A DNA stretch of 64,000 nucleotides from Fimicolochytrium jonesii (GCF_025526975.1 NW_026515687.1:124001-188000), one strand, 5' to 3'. Counted from the first letter of the stretch, positions 30,383 to 45,303 are shown. Made by a program: numbers and translations. The notes: generated by a model from the sequence alone, not told the origin.

Positions 30383-33012
30383 TCACGCGGCAACGACGAA
30401 AGCATTGGTCGCTCCAGAGTGAGAAGTGGTTGAGAATAGCGTCTTCGCTCTAGGAGTGTTGGTGAAGTCTCACAGTGAGGAAAGCATCTCGAAAGACGTG
30501 TCTGAAGAAGTTGGACATACCTCCCCAAATAACGCAACCGGTATGTTCCCGGGGCTGCGGCTTCCGATCCACCGACTTTCCATTCAACGATGCATCCTGC
30601 AGAGAAACGAGAGGACGAGGCAAACATCAGCAAAAGGACTTCTACATCCCATAAGCGTTTCCAAATGCAAGGAACGACATCCAAGCGTTGCGAATTCGAC
30701 TCAACTGCTCTCTGTGGAAGACTCACTGCTTTCAGCCACTCCATTCCTCCTCCACGAGTACTTGGTATCCCAGCTCGCGTCGTCCAACACTATCTCCCAC
30801 TGCGAAGCGCCGACTTGTCGCTCAACCGTCATGAACGTTGTGGGAGCGCCTCCGGGGAGAGCCGCAACAGGTTTGACGCCATTGGCAACGATAGTTTTCG
30901 CGTCAGATCCACCATTGCGCGGATGCGCGCAGACGAACTCGGCGGACACTCTTTCGCCTTGCTTGAATGGGCCTGCAGCCGGTTGGACAGTCACGCTGCC
31001 GAAGCCTTGTCCTATAGGGGCAGTGTCGAGCACGACGGGGGTCAGGAAGTTGACCTCATTCGGGTTAGGTGGGGCCGCCACGACTGGGAAGGCCGGGCTC
31101 GCGGGTGGGACCGTGGCTGCTTTGAAGGAGCCCGCCAACGTCTTGAAGACCTGGACATGCGCCGCGAGAGTGTTGGGACCATATGCCGTCGACCCGCCCT
31201 CGTAGCGCTGGACTTGGTATTCTTCCTTGGTAGTGATGTAGCTGGAGTACGAGTTGGTAAGACCCGACACGATGATCTCAGCGTCGGCATCGGCGGTTCC
31301 GTCGGCGACCAACTGCGCGAGCACGCCCGCGCGCATGCGGCGGCCGGACATGGTGGAGATCTCGCCGGGAACCCCCATGATGGCGAGTTTGCGGGTGATG
31401 AGGAAGAGGGTGTATGGGAGCTGGTTTGATTGCCAGTCATACGGCGCCTGTTCGGACAATCCAACGCGTCAATGCCAGAAACATAGTTGCTCCAAGTCCA
31501 ACACATAAACGCACCGTCATCTCCCCAGTAGCTAACAGGATAACCTTCGGGGCCTGGCAAGTGATGAGTTCTTGCGATGGCGGCTTCAACAAATTCCTCA
31601 CAAAGTTCCAGAAAGGCTTGTTGGACGCATTCGGATCATTGTCCCCCTGCCAACTGATCCCAGTCGCAGGTTTGTCCGTTGTTCCCGCAGAGAAAGAGTA
31701 TCCCATCGCGGCTTTGCACACCGGACCCGTCTCTCCAGCCAGCTTGATATCGGGAAGGCTGACCCAGGAGTGGCGGTAGTCGACCACGCCGCCCGTCAAG
31801 GTCTTGGTGGCGCTCGTGGTCAGCTGTTGGGCTTTGTCTAGTTGTCGCTTGCCGATGATTTCGGTCGACAGGATGTCCCCGCCGATTTCGTAGCCGGGGC
31901 CGCGGCCGAGGCACTTGGTGATGTCTCCGCCGCAGGAGTCTTTCCCGCCGTCGCATGGGGCGCCAGTGTCGATGCAGTGAGCTCCTTCGGTATTGGCGCT
32001 GACATCACCCTATGAAATAGAAGCTCAATATGAACTCTGAGCGAAAACAGACTTGGCTCAATAGGAACCCACAACTTACCGCATTCGTCTGTGCAAAGGC
32101 ACCCACAAAAGTAGGGTTTCCAGCAGCCTTCTGCTGCAATTCCCAAAGGTACGACGCATAGCCCTTGTTATCCCCCGAAACAAGATGATTCGAGGCATTC
32201 ATGCTAACAGGATGAACAGCGAACCAATTCACCGTCCCCCTCAACCTGCCCGTCGCCGGATCCTTTACCGACAACAAAACCATGTCCCGGTCCACATCGT
32301 CCGTGTACTGTGCGCGCTCGCTTGCGGGGTTGTTGAGGTAGGCAGTAGGGGAGCGGTTGATGGACGCGTTCTCGAGTCGGCCTTTGTTGATGTTGACCGT
32401 TGCGGGGGAGAAGTTTGTGTGGGCCTCGACGATGGCTTGTGAGATGCCTTCTGCGATTGCCTCACGGGCGCCGGGGGTTAGGCCGAAGTTCGTAACCTGG
32501 GTAAGACTGCGGGAAAGATCGTTAGAGAGATGTTTGCGGAATACATCGCAACATGGGACAATCACATACAAGTTGTCCTGGTAGCCCCCAACCCCCGAAT
32601 GCGTGTGGGTAGCCGACATCATGATATTCTCCACGGAATACAGCGCAGCGTCCGCGGCGGACAGCTTGGCCCGCAAGCTCGTCACAACCATCTTCAGCGT
32701 GCGGTACGAAGGCCATCCCACATCGGTGGACACATACACCACGCGCCGGGCGGGGTTCGCTTGCGATGCGAAGATGAACGCGCGGGCTTTCAGGCGTAAG
32801 TGGATGCCGTTTGCTTTTTGGCTAAGGTCGGCGTACCCGCCCATGGTGATCTCGCCGATTGGGCCTGTGACGTCGGCTTTGCCGACGCCTACGAGGAGGC
32901 TGGGGCTTTGCCGCTTGGCGTGGATGGGAGAGGCGGTGGCGAGTTGAAGGACATGGTGGAGTTGGCAAAGGAGGAGGGCGGCGATGAGAAACTTGTAGAC
33001 GGTGGACGACAT
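30383..33012 (-). CDS. Neutral/alkaline ceramidase, secreted (multi-exon)
   Basis: Signal peptide, GVGKADVTGP, ATHTHSG, INRSPTAY, WFAVHPVSM, GDNKGYAS, AAMGYSFSAGTTD, PGEISTMSGRR, NSYSSYITTKEEYQVQRYEGGST. Confidence 0.95.
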
Positions 33013-36000
33013 CTTGTCGGATTACTCAGACGTACAACCGCAAGGGAGATATATTCGAGGGGCGAGAACTGGACCCAGGCTTCCCGATGCCCGCTCTCAT
33101 ACTTATAGACTTTGATACCCCGTCGCGGAGAACATTCCCCGTTGTACTGTTTTGCTAGCCTGCTAGTGGAGTCTCGACTCAGGAAATGGGTACTGTAGGC
33201 ACCTGTTGGATCTCGTGCTTAATAACCCCTGGGATTCCGTTGAAGCACATGAACAGGGCGGTTTTAGCGCACGATAGACGGAGGGATAGTGATAGGGCTG
33301 CATAGGACATCCGCCATCGTGACCTAGGGTCCCATCAGGAGTCCGGACCGGTGTTGCTCCCCCGGGTCCCGACGTTTCCTAAAATGCCCCGCATCATGCA
33401 CAATCAGGATGAGAGACCTACAGGATGCATTGAGCATCCGAATGTACAGATGTATGTATGGGGATGAGATAGGCCGTCGAATGAAGCGGGGAGATTCATC
33501 CGGTGCGCCGCAGATCCGATGCCATCATGCCGAAGTCTCAACGTCCTATATTGAGATATCCCAGTCAAGGGTTCAAGGTTCCCCGACGCACAACTTTGTT
33601 GCACGGAACAGCGGAACAAGAATTCCGTGATCGCGGCGGCGCAGCTAAATTGACGCCGGGCCTGTTGTATGCCGTCAGTGATCAAAAAAGCATCCGACTT
33701 ATGCACAAAGTATGTAATTGCTCCTTCATATTGCATGGCTGCATCCTGTCGGTGGGTTAGCGGTGGGTGAGAATCTGGTCCAGGGGATGTCCCATACTAT
33801 CAATCAGTCCAATGTCTGTCACTGCGTCCTCATCACCTCCTCACGACTCCTCCCGCTCCTCAGTTCACCCGCGCTCGCGTCCCAACTTGTGAGATCAGCG
33901 TGAGGAGGAGCCTGGCAGCCTGACTCAGGGGCCGGGGTTGAACTTCGGATCGCTTCAGAAGAATCATCGGAACTCAATCATACGCATCCCTGATTCGCCC
34001 GTCCCACCTCTTTGCCTCTTTGCGCAAGTCCGCTGCCGCACTCGGGGCGAACCTCATCGTGAAGCAAATGCTGCCCGTGACAGGAGGGATGGAAGGGGAA
34101 CAGAGTCAAAAAAAGTAAACCGAGTTGAGAGGGGGTTTTAAGGGTGCGTTCGTTATACGGGTTGAGACGTCCAAAATGCACCCGCGACCTCGGATTGAGG
34201 CCTGTGTGAGCGAATCACGTAAGCTCACCTTACGTGTGGCGTAGTCGCTGTCCCACCGCAAAAGAGTTTGTACCACCCAGCGCTCCTCTGCCTCGCGAGT
34301 ATAAAAGGCCAGCACCTTCGGCCTCCCCTCTCAGATTTTCTTCATCCGCCCACGGAGTTTCGACTGAACAAATAAGGGATTCGCCTTTTACTAACCCCTT
34401 CTGAGCCGGAGCTTCACCCAAAGTGGGTTAAACCCAATTTTTTGTCAACCCTCCTGCTTCCTTACGAGGAATGGGAACCCCGTATAAAAGAGGAAGAAAA
34501 TATGAGTTGCAAATGTGAGATGAACTCCAAAGAGGGGGAGAGTGAAACGTACTCTCAAGACGAGGTCGTTGTATGGGGGGAATCTTCACCCAAACCTGTG
34601 TGAGAGGAATGGGATATGCATCAAATACAGACAGACGAAAGTTGTAAGGGCTACGGGTGTGAGGATGTGAGATTGAGCGCTTTCATTAGCGACCTGTTGT
34701 GGTAGCATGGCTTCTGGTCTGGGCATCATCGTGTCAGGCGGGCGAAAACGAAGTCTGTCCAGAAGAGATGGTGTTGGAGCGATTGTGCGTGATCGCCATG
34801 CAGTCGGTTTGTCCGAGAGTGCTTCGATTAGTGCCATCTTTTCGCATCGATCTACTTTGATAATACGTAGCTTGGTCCCTCCTCAAGCCGGCGTCGGAGA
34901 GTGCGCCGGGCAGGATGCTGGGCAGGAATGCATGTTCTTTGGAGGCCGCTACGATCATCAGGAACACCAGGTCCTGTGGCTTTCTGCCGCAAAACTACCT
35001 AAAGGGCGAGGGCATTCGCTCCTGCTATATTATATACTCTCTCGGCCGGACGGTTACGCCGTCGCAGGCCCTATCCAATATGATCCAATATCACCCTATT
35101 TGACGAAAGCCTGAAAGATTTGCTTCCCATTCCCCCAATCCTGCAAACCAATAATGTGTACCATTATTTCAATCTCAGGTATCCTTTTCTCTGGAGGGCC
35201 CTTTTCCGGGAACAACGATGCCACGGGGGACCGCTGATGTTCAAAAGAAGTTCCATGGACGGAACGCAGAAAGCAGCAGTAGGAGAGGTGGCAGGACTTC
35301 TTGCCGTACAGTATGTCACATTCGAGGAAGGTCTTCTGTCATAGAAGGTGTCTAGAGTGTCTCCTCTTGTGCGGTTTGACCGTCTATGCGCAATCACTCT
35401 CATAGTCCGCACCTCCTGCCCATCCTTCTCGTCGATATCCGCCCCAGCACTACCCGGCTTGCAAGCTACGCAGCGTCAAGCGGGCCTCCGAGCGTTGAGC
35501 CACACGCGAGCATAAAATCCTACTGCCGTTTCATAGGAGGATGCTCTTGCTGGCGATGAAAAGATGGGTCTCCGAGTACAGCAGCCTGCAGTTCGAGTCG
35601 GTGGGTGAGGTTGAGCGAGGATATCGATGACCCAACCTACATCCTGGACTTCCTTGGTGAACAGTGCACAACATGGCCCTCCTTGCCCTTCCCGTACCCT
35701 CCCACCCGTCCCGTCCTCGGCTCTATGCACTCCCAATCCGGAACCTCTCTTCATTCGCGACGTGAACTCGCGCAGGTCGAAGTGCTCACTCCTATATCAG
35801 TCGAGTGCCCACCCGTAGGTCAGAGTGCCCACTCTTTCGAACTTTGTGACTCCTCGCAATGCAGATAGGGAGGGATATAGCTCGATGCGCCGGACAGACG
35901 TACACTGAGACTCGGTATGTCGTGTCGGGAACTGGATGAGCCGACTGCCCCGACATAACATATCAAGCAACCACCAGTTCCCAGCCCGTAACCCGGGCGC

Positions 36001-36509
36001 CTAGCTTTCATAGCGAGAGGCTCTCCGCCTCCCTGAAGCCGACCCTGCGCGACCCTGACCTCCGTCGCCGCACCCGTTTCGCTTCAACAATCTGCGGTGT
36101 CGTGTCCGAAGGAACGACGGCCGTTTCGGGTCGGGTTGCGAGTTTTTCAAAGTTGTCGCTGGCCAGACTACAAGCGTCTCCAAGGGAGGCATCGAATTGG
36201 CGTGTTGGCAATGACCTTCTGTAGGATAGAGAACTGACATCTGATAATGGAAATCGCTTCGGTTTTCTGGGCAAGCATGGGCCTTCGTCTGGGCTCTGTG
36301 GGCGGCTGCTCAGGGAAGTTAGGGAACGCGTCGTCGGCCTCCGTCGGCTCAGCGGCGAGAGCTGAGAGCGGCGGCCTGCCAAGTTGTCAATTGGCCCAAT
36401 TGAACCACGCAAGTTGCAACAGTTTCCACGTCAACAGTACTGTACTTACCTATACAGACGTATGTAGGCAGCACCATTCAGAAACAGCCAGATTCACGCA
36501 AGCAATAAC

Positions 36510-37472
36510 ATGCTGCAGGAGGTGACGTCCGTGCAGGTTAGTAGTTAAAATGGAGGCGGCGCGGTCTCAAGATGGCATTTTTACAAAACTTCCAGAAATT
36601 GATACCCCTCTCCCGTCTGTTTCGTAGTTCACAGTCGGGAAGGTCGACGCTGGTGTAGCTATGTTGTTGTCACCGCACCACCACCTGCTAGAGTTCCCAT
36701 CACAGATCCTACCGGTATGTCTCACTGCCAAGTGAATTTACCCACCGCAGATGGTCCAATACTAACGCGAAATCCCCTCTAGGACGGCATCAAAACCGGC
36801 TCAATCGTAAACTTCACCATCGAACGCAACTTCGACGAAGAACGCCGCCAACAAGAAGACTTCCTCTCCCTCCAGGAAGAAATCTACCTCTCCTTCTCCC
36901 AACCGCCCAAAGAACCCATCCTTTCCCTCAAATCCATCACTCAAACCTCCGCCATCATCCACTGGGAACCCTTGGTGCTCCACGCCGCCGATCTGCGTGG
37001 GATCGACGTGTACCGTAACGGTCAGCGGTTAAACATTACGGTTGCGCCCAACGCGACATCGGCGAAGTTGTCGGGGTTGGATGTGAATCACGAGTACGAG
37101 GTGTGGATTGATGTGCGGACGTCGGCCGGGGTATTGCAGAGCAACAAGATCCGGATCACAACCCATGCGATGGAGAATCTGACGGGGATCAATGTGTCGT
37201 TTGGGACGTTTACGAATCCGCATGATATCGAGCCGCTGATGGATTTGTTGGGGAGGATGGGCGCCAATTTTACCGATGAGCTGACGACGGATAACACCCA
37301 TTTGGTGTCGACTGTGCCGAGGGGTCCGAAATACGAGAAGGCTGTCGAGTGGAACATCCCAATCGTATCGCCGGAGTTCTTGAAGGCGTGCCACGCACAA
37401 GGCAAGATACAGCCAGCGACGGCGTTCTACGTGAATAACCCAAATCCGCCGAAGACCAGTGTGGACAAATAA
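36510..37472 (+). CDS. CHS5: Exomer subunit Chs5 (FN3 + BRCT), multi-exon
   Basis: [38 protein letters not shown], then an FN3 region ([15 protein letters not shown]) and a BRCT region ([21 protein letters not shown]). Confidence 0.9.
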
Positions 37473-37694
37473 TGAATGTCAGAAATGATATTAGTCTCCC
37501 TATTCTGTATATTAACAATCTGAAGAGCATATCTGCGTAATAAAGTCCCTCTTCAAGCCCGGGTCAGATAACCATTCATGTTGCCGCCTCAGAATATCCT
37601 CCCCCTACAGTACATGGCAAAAGTGGTTCCCCCCGAAATCATCATTGGTGTTCGTTCGGTCGTCCTGGACCCAAACGCTTCCGTTGCGCTGCCG

Positions 37695-40381
37695 TCAAGA
37701 AAGCCTCACTGGTGAGTTCCACCGCACAATAATCTCGCGTGTGCAATATAGGCACACATACCAGAGCTCTGTGGCGTAAGCCTCTCATGACCAACATGCC
37801 GAAACTGCATCAAGTGCTGCTTGAAATTCTGGCAAAAAGGTAGTCAGTACATGCCCTACACCTCGCTCATGGAACCGAATTCATTCTCTGCACCAACCTC
37901 ATGCGATTCCGTCAATCGTTCCCCTATACCATGCGCGACCGGCCCCTTTCGGAACACACTTGTCGGAAACGATGGCCTTCGGTGCGTGGTGTTTTGTGAA
38001 AGCCGTGAGGTCAACGGTCCTGGGGTGAAGATGGCGGTCGTATTGACAGATTCGTGTAGAGCCACAGGTGTCGTAGCCTCGCGAGTTGTCGGTGACGATA
38101 GGGCGTCCGATACCTTTGATCCCGTGGCCTCATCAGGGAGCATGCTATCAGTTTGAACGGCCGGCGTATTCACGACGGGTGGAAGATCATCACTAGGCGC
38201 AGACTTTCTTCGCTTAGGCGGAGATCCCGTCGCCGCTAAATCTCCCCCTTTACTGCCCGGCAAATAGATCTTCTGCATCCCAGCCGCGACCTTTCTGAAC
38301 GACGCCAGACGCTCGTCACAAGAGGAAGAAGAGTCCGAATCATGCGGCCGTTTCGAGGGAGACAAGGAAGCAGACGGCCTGGGCCGCGGTGAGTTTTGTT
38401 GGGGAGGATTTGGCGGGGTTTCATCCGATGGTCTGGGTAATGATGCCCTAGGAATGACGAGTTGATCAGGTGGAATGTTCTCCTTGTTGTGGCCATCGTC
38501 GGGATCTTTCTCACTGGCATTCGATGGCTTGCTTTGCATCCGTAATTCCAATGGAGACAAAGGGGTGCGATGTCTGTGATTGTCTCCACGCAAATCCGAA
38601 AGCGAGGTGAAAAAGCGAGAGACGCTCGCCGTCTTCTTCGGGGGGTGCGTGAATTTTGCAGGTGGTGGTCCACGCGAGGAGCAATTTAGTATTCGATGTG
38701 GTGCTTTCGCGTGCGGGGGATTGAAAAACCTGCCGGGTAGAGCTTGCATTGACGGACTAGCTACAGGTGGTCTGTAATGATTCTTCCCTGGTTGGGATCG
38801 CGGTCGCGGTGGTGAGAGCGTCCTGGCATGTGGAACAGGTGCGGAGGAAGATCCTCGATTCGTGCCAGGATGGAATTGCGGTCGTACCGGGCTCTTCGTC
38901 TGTGCGTGCCGAGGCGTTGAAGAAGAGCTTTCGTGATGCCTGCCAACCCGGGATTGCGATTGAGCTTCGGTGTGCGTGCGTTCTTGCAGAGCGGGTGGCG
39001 TGGAAATGGTCCAGACTGGCAGTGCTGTCGCTGGAGGTATGGGAATGGATTTTGGCACGGGGGTCTGGCTTCGTTGCGGGAACAAGAAAGAGTCGGATAA
39101 TATTCCCGCCGGCGGCGTACTTTCGGCATCTGGGGAATCTTGTTCCGTGGTGTCCAACGATCCAATCGCTGCGATCTCCTCCGCTTCAACGATTGCTTCG
39201 ACTGTGGCTTCGATGCCGGCTGAAGTGGTTATTTCGACGCTCGAAGAGCTTGCTTCGGTGGGCACGGATTGATGGTTTAGGAACAAGGAGATGTCCAGGG
39301 TATCATCGAACGGGCGCTTGGTTTCTGGGTCAATCAATCCATTCGCTACCCCTTTAGCCAGATGTGGAGGAACATGCCTAAAGGATGCGGATTCAGTACC
39401 GTGCAAACCGCAGGAGAATGGTGACTGCCGCGTAACTTACGGTCCCAAGAACGTCATAGCTTCTGAGCAGTCTCTCAGATCGGACGGTAATGGCTTCAAA
39501 TGCACCAACTCCTCGGTTTTTGGATCATACACACGTTGATGCATGAATGTGAGTTCTGCCATGCGGAAGAGCTCTTCGTAACCGTCGGGCCGCTTTGGCG
39601 CATTGGCAGCCCTGCCCCACTTCCACAGTTTCATCACTTCTTCGGCGCTCTTGTGTCGTAACAGAGTGTAAGCAGTCTTCAACCCGATCCCTTTTGGCGA
39701 TTCCAGGTAATCGCAACCTGCCATGATGCACATTTGACGGAACCGGCGATGGGACCAGCTCTCCATTCCAGGCACGTTCCCAAAGTCGATCAGCTTGAGT
39801 TCTACCCCGTTTCCATCCTTGTCCAGTTTGTAGATGACCCTCTCGCAGCCAAACACCAGCAAATCCGAATCTTCTGTGATTGCCGCACTGGCAAATCCCT
39901 TGTCCAACAGATATGCGATCTGCGCGTCGGCTTCGTAAGGAGCTACTATGCATTCGATGTTCTCTTTGCGCAACAGTTTGATAAGCTCAGCGGCCATTCT
40001 CGGGGTGACATCAACACAGCTTTGAAACTGCTCGTATGCTTTCGTCTTTTGCCCGTTCCGAAGGTACTGCTGTGCGCGTCGTTTTCCCTCCTCCCTTCGC
40101 TTGTGTCTCTCTCGCTCAGTTCCAGCCTTCATCGGAAGGCAATCGCCGTCAAACACCATCAGAGGCTTGACGCCGTTGCTGATCAGCATCGATACCATCT
40201 TCATACAGTAGCTCAGGTATTTGGCTGTCGGCGTTCCCAGTCCAAGCTCCACCGCACAGGAGAAGGCCCCTCGATGAAGCCACACATACGAGTCGACAGC
40301 GACGGTTTGACCTTTGAACTTGCTTATATGTACATGTCTCTGAATATCCTTCAAAAAGGGGAAGAGACCGGGTATGCCCAT
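37695..40381 (-). CDS. EXO1: Exonuclease 1 (XPG/FEN family) with a long disordered C-terminus; 3' end approximate
   Basis: MGIPGL..VAVDSYVWLHRGAFSCA, VFDG, APYEADAQ, ITEDSDLLVFGC, MCIMAGCDYL..GIGLKTA, TFMHQRVYDP. Confidence 0.93.
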
Positions 40382-41197
40382 TTCTCGGAATAGTAATATC
40401 AGTCGAAGGTGGAAATGGCTCGAATTGTTCGGCGTTCGTGGGAGTCAAGGCTCAGAGTGTAAACTGGCTCCAAGGTTGTCAGGGTTTCGTACAGCTCAGT
40501 GCCTTAGCGCGCGTCCCGGCTGTTTTCCAGCGCACTCCTCGCGGCGAAAAAACGTAATTCTCTCACACCCGCATGCAAATAGAAAGCATCGTCCTTCTCA
40601 GTTAGTTGAGTTCGTGATTGGCGGTGTCCGGGGAGTCGGACGCGGTGTGATATCGGCGGTGAGTGGTGCCCCTTCGGCCTTCGTAATCTTGAGATCGTAC
40701 CTCAGTGGTGTCGGTGCTGTCGTGGCGTGAAAAGAAGGGTCTGTGGAAAAAAGAGCATGGGTTTCCGGGCTGTGGCGGGGGATCCTCGCTCGGGGCGGGG
40801 AAGAAGGGGAGACGCGCCATCAAGGTACGGGTTTCGGACATTTCGGACACAATTCATGCGATTTCGCGTCGGAGACAAATCACGGCGGCGTTGACAACTT
40901 GACAACGATACATCCAAACGACCATCGTTCTCCTCCAGAGTACAGATATATACACTAGGGGTTGAGCACTGAGGTGGAAGCTACACGCGGAACATATGCT
41001 CACTGTTTCTACATGGCGTCGGCCCAATAGCCACAATCGTGCGAAGACACGAGAAGCTCTGGGCACCAAATCGAGAGGCAATGGAAGTTTCGTTGGCGGG
41101 GTATATGTCCCATAATAGGTCGAACGGATACGGGAATACGCCGCCGTATGGTGTCCCACTTGTGTAGCAGCTGGCGAGTGCGGTGCGATTAACGCAA

Positions 41198-42435
41198 TCA
41201 CATTTTCAGTGGGTCATCGTTGATGTTGAGCCCTACCATCTCATCGGTTTCAATGCCCACCGTCTCCTATAGTCAAAGGAAGTACCGGCAGGTCAGCTAG
41301 GAAGAAAACGACTTTCAAACGTCCCGAGCGCTCTAACTTACTCTGAACTCTGCCAGGTTCCCCTGGATGCTCTCGGTCACCGTTCCCCACATCTCGTTAA
41401 ACATCCTCTTTCGAATCCGCCAGTGTTTACGCATGGTGTCCAAGTCGCGATCGAGCTTTGCCCGATCCTCGACGCTCATATTACTGACGGCCGCGCCAGA
41501 ACGTAAAGTTGATAACCGCGATTCATATGATTCATTCTGGGAAAGGTGCTGAGTGTCACTACCCTCTTTCCGTGAGGACGCCAAACAGGGATAGATTACA
41601 TACCTCAGCTTCTACTGCCTTCAGCTTTGCTTCTATCTGATCAGTCGTCAAAGAGCTTGAGATGGTACTCAGCTCTGTAGAAGTCCAAGTCAAATCATGT
41701 GCGGCAACAGTAATACGAAGCCTTTCCCACTGCCTCACCTGCTTGTGCTTGTTTGATCTAGAATGCATTGGAGGAAGCCCTTGTCAGAAGGGATTGCTGC
41801 GTCAACGGAGGTCGCGTCCAGTCGAGGTACACACCTCATCTCGTGCAATAAATACACGCTCCTTCAGCTCTGCGATCTTCACATCCATGGAATCCAGCTC
41901 TTCTTTCGATGGCACCTCGAATTCATCCTGCTTCGCCACGTACACCCATTGCTTTCCTGTAAGGAACGTCAGCTTCCACTCTCACCAATGACTGCGCTTG
42001 AATTCAAAAGGGCCGTCTAAAGTACCAAAAAGTTTCCCGTGTATTTGTTCTGCGAAGATGGGCTGTTTGAGTTAAGGTTCCTAGGTTCTGACGCGTGGGA
42101 ACCGCCGGCGTGGGTTGACTTACGCTCTTCTACCATCGTCGTCAGTGCTTTTACAACGTTTGTTTTCCCAACTGCCCCACTGAGGTTGTTGAATACATCT
42201 ACTGCGCTATATGGTCTGGATGGCGTCCTTCGTCAACATTCGAAAACTGCATATTTCTACGTTACTTTGCAAGCACCTACCTATTCTGCTTCCGAAGGTA
42301 TTTCATTACAATGTCCGAGGCTGTTATAGCTCGAATCCATTAGCAAGCTAGAAAGCGAAGAATGTCCGAGATACACAACCCACCTTCGTCGCCCTTGACC
42401 GGTGCGGCCTTCTTCTCTTCCTTCTTCTTCGCCAT
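41198..42435 (-). CDS. HOP2: Hop2/TBPIP homologous-pairing protein (multi-exon)
   Basis: RPYSAVDVFNNL..VGKTNVVKAL, GKQWVYVAKQ, a coiled coil, KHWRIRKRMFNEMW and VGIETDE. Confidence 0.85.
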
Positions 42436-42838
42436 TGTTGGTCGCGATGAACACAGGCTTGAACTTCCCCGAAGATGATGTATTCCGGGCTATCTGAGCG
42501 CAAGAATTCTCAGCGGTCTCGCTCGAACAAGAGTGGTGGATTTTTTTTTAGGAAAACGAGAGCAGTATCTTCCGCCGTTACACACTTGAAGCAACTAACG
42601 GGCCGCTGGGCTTCGAGAAGAGCTGGGAAGACAAAGATGATAATACTGTACTGTACGCACAAAAAGTTGAGGAAAAGCAAGGACGCGCTGCTGTCACAGG
42701 AATCATCTCAGAGCTCTCAGAGCTGATCTCAGAGGAAAAGCCACCACTCGGAAACTCACAAAGGCCATGACAATGGAACTCCTAAACATGCAACAATAGT
42801 CACTGTAAACTGCGAGAGCCAACATATAGCGGCTGCCC

Positions 42839-45303
42839 ATGAAGTCGAGTATTTGCCGGCTGCGCTCTCCGTCGAAAAGTACTTCGCTAACATTAGCGAC
42901 GAAATTGCGGCAAGCTTCGCAAATATCCGTCGGACGCAGAGGAGGACTATTGTCGAAAGGGCAACCAATAGACATTGGAAGAGGGCCTACTGTCCCAAGC
43001 ATAAAGGTGTTTGGAAGACCTTTGGCTTCGGCTCCATCCAGTAACGGAATGATGGCGACCTTAGCAAACAGGACCCACAAAATAGACTTGACCGCAGAGG
43101 AGGAGCAGTTGTTCGATGTCCTGAGAGCATGTGCAGAGTCATTACACCAACGGAACCCTGGAGCTGCACCGGTAGAGCTGCGGGTAGCTGGAGGATGGGT
43201 TCGGGACAAGGTGGGTGCCATTTGAACCAAGGACGGCGGAATATGGGAGCTGATCTATTGACCGACTTCGGGCATATCATAGCTTCTAGGAAAGGAGAGC
43301 GATGACATAGACATCGCGATAGATACGATGAAAGGAGAACCATTCGCACACGCCGTCAACCACTATATGCAGGAGCAGGGGCTCCAGATGGGCCACATTG
43401 CTGCCATCATGTCCAATCCCGATAAGTCGAAACATTTGGAGACGGCAAATGCCCGGGTCTTCAACTACTTGGTGGATTTTGTGCATCTGAGGACCGAGAC
43501 CTACAATGAGGATAGCCGGAATCCGGAAGTGGTGAGACATCACTACGTGGCGCTGTACTGCTCGTCCCGCAGCCTCACCGACTCTCACCTTTAGGAATTC
43601 GGAACGCCATTAGAGGACGCCCTGCGACGAGACATCACTATCAATGCGCTCTTTTACAATCTGCGTACGCGTGAGATTGAAGACTTCACGGGAAATGTGC
43701 GACTCCTGAAATCTTGTTCTTACGTGAGAGCTGAGACTCATGCCATACCTTGGCTCCTAGGGGTTAGACGACCTTGCGCATGGGTTCATCAGAACGCCCT
43801 TACCCGCCGCGCAAACCTTCATGGACGACCCGCTACGGATCTTGCGTGTGATACGATTCGCGACTCGATTTGGCTATACTATCGATGAAGACATCATTAC
43901 CGCCGTTCGAGACGAGTATGTGAAGGTGAGAGGCCGTAGGCACCATCATGCCAATTGTGACTATCCTGATACCGCTCGTTGAGCAGGATGCCTTCAAGAG
44001 GAAGATCACCCGCGAACGTATAGGTGTCGAACTGCTGAAGATGATCAAAGGGCCAAATCCAGTCCGAGCATTGAAGATCATTGATGACATCGGCTATTAT
44101 CCGCTCGTGTGGGAGACGCCAGCGGACATGTGTGTACCAATTCCTCCAGGCCTGGTGGTGCGGTACGCCGAAACCGTTGCGAGGTGGGAGTGTGCTCCAA
44201 ATGGAGGTGCAGCAATGCGGAGGCTGATCGTATCCAATAGCATGATCGGCTCGCAATCATTGCAAGAGATGCTCCGCCCGTTCACGCGGATACAATGCGA
44301 TGCGGACGACAAGAAGATTCTGTACCTCGCCTCCAGCGTCGTTCCATTTCGGGGTTATGTAGTATCCAACCCAAAGCGAGACAGTCCTCTTTCCAGAGAG
44401 GTCGGCTTGACGGCCATCAAGGTCCGTAGTGAGCGCATCTGGTTCAACGGATGGGTACTAACCTCTTTCCTTAACTCATTCAGCTCAGCTTGTTCGACGC
44501 AGAGGCCTCATCCAAGCTAGTAGACGTCGTTGACAGCGTTCGCAAGATGGTAGCGGACAACTCGCAAACGGCCGAAGGCATCGATCGCAGGACTTTAGGT
44601 AAGCCTTTCCTATCTCTCATCACGCGTGAGTGCAAGCGACGCTGATCATGTCTTGTACTTTCGAATGCGTGCAGGCATGTTCATTCGAGAACTAGGCACC
44701 AAACCGCTCTTTGCGAAATGGTACCTCACGATCCTTTTCGGCTGGGTATCCGAAATCGTAGAAAGTGCAAGTACAGCGGGACAATCTTTTGACGGTATGA
44801 AAGGTCAATTTCGCTCAATGTCCCAAGGATTCGTTTCTCATCTCCGTGCGTGCCGCAGACCCGGCGTTCCGAGACATCTCCAAAAAGTATATCAAGTTCA
44901 TGCATGACATCCGACGGCTTGGCTTAGAGGACGTGCAGGACTTCCGGGCGCATCTCAATGTGAGTTCCACTTCCCTACTCCAAGGACTATCCGGTCATGC
45001 GCGTCAGGAAATTAAAACATAAGCATAAAACAGGGAAAAGAAATAACAGCAATGCTCGGCATGAAGAAGCCCGGACCCGCGATAGGCGAGTACATCAGCA
45101 AGCTTGTAGAATGGCAACTAGGCCATCCAGAAGCCTCTAAAGAGGAGTGCACTCAGTGGGTAGCGGCGTATGCTCAAGGTACAGTTTGCCTAAGTTTGTT
45201 GTGGTGTATTTCATCTGCCAGGTGCTCATTCTTTCACTTACGTGCAGAGCATCCTCCACACTCCATACAACCTCCGCCAACGAAGAAACTGAAGAGTGGA
45301 TGA
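42839..45303 (+). CDS. CCA1: CCA tRNA nucleotidyltransferase (multi-exon)
   Basis: LRVAGGWVRDK, SDDIDIAID, SKHLETA, DFVHLRTETY..DSRNP, EDALRRDITINALFYN, DDPLRILRVIRFATRF, ITRERIGVEL. Confidence 0.95.

Noticed and set aside
33100..36500. Genes in the gap between ceramidase and CHS5
   Set aside because: Only short ORFs without motifs or a coherent exon chain. No RNA gene was recognised.
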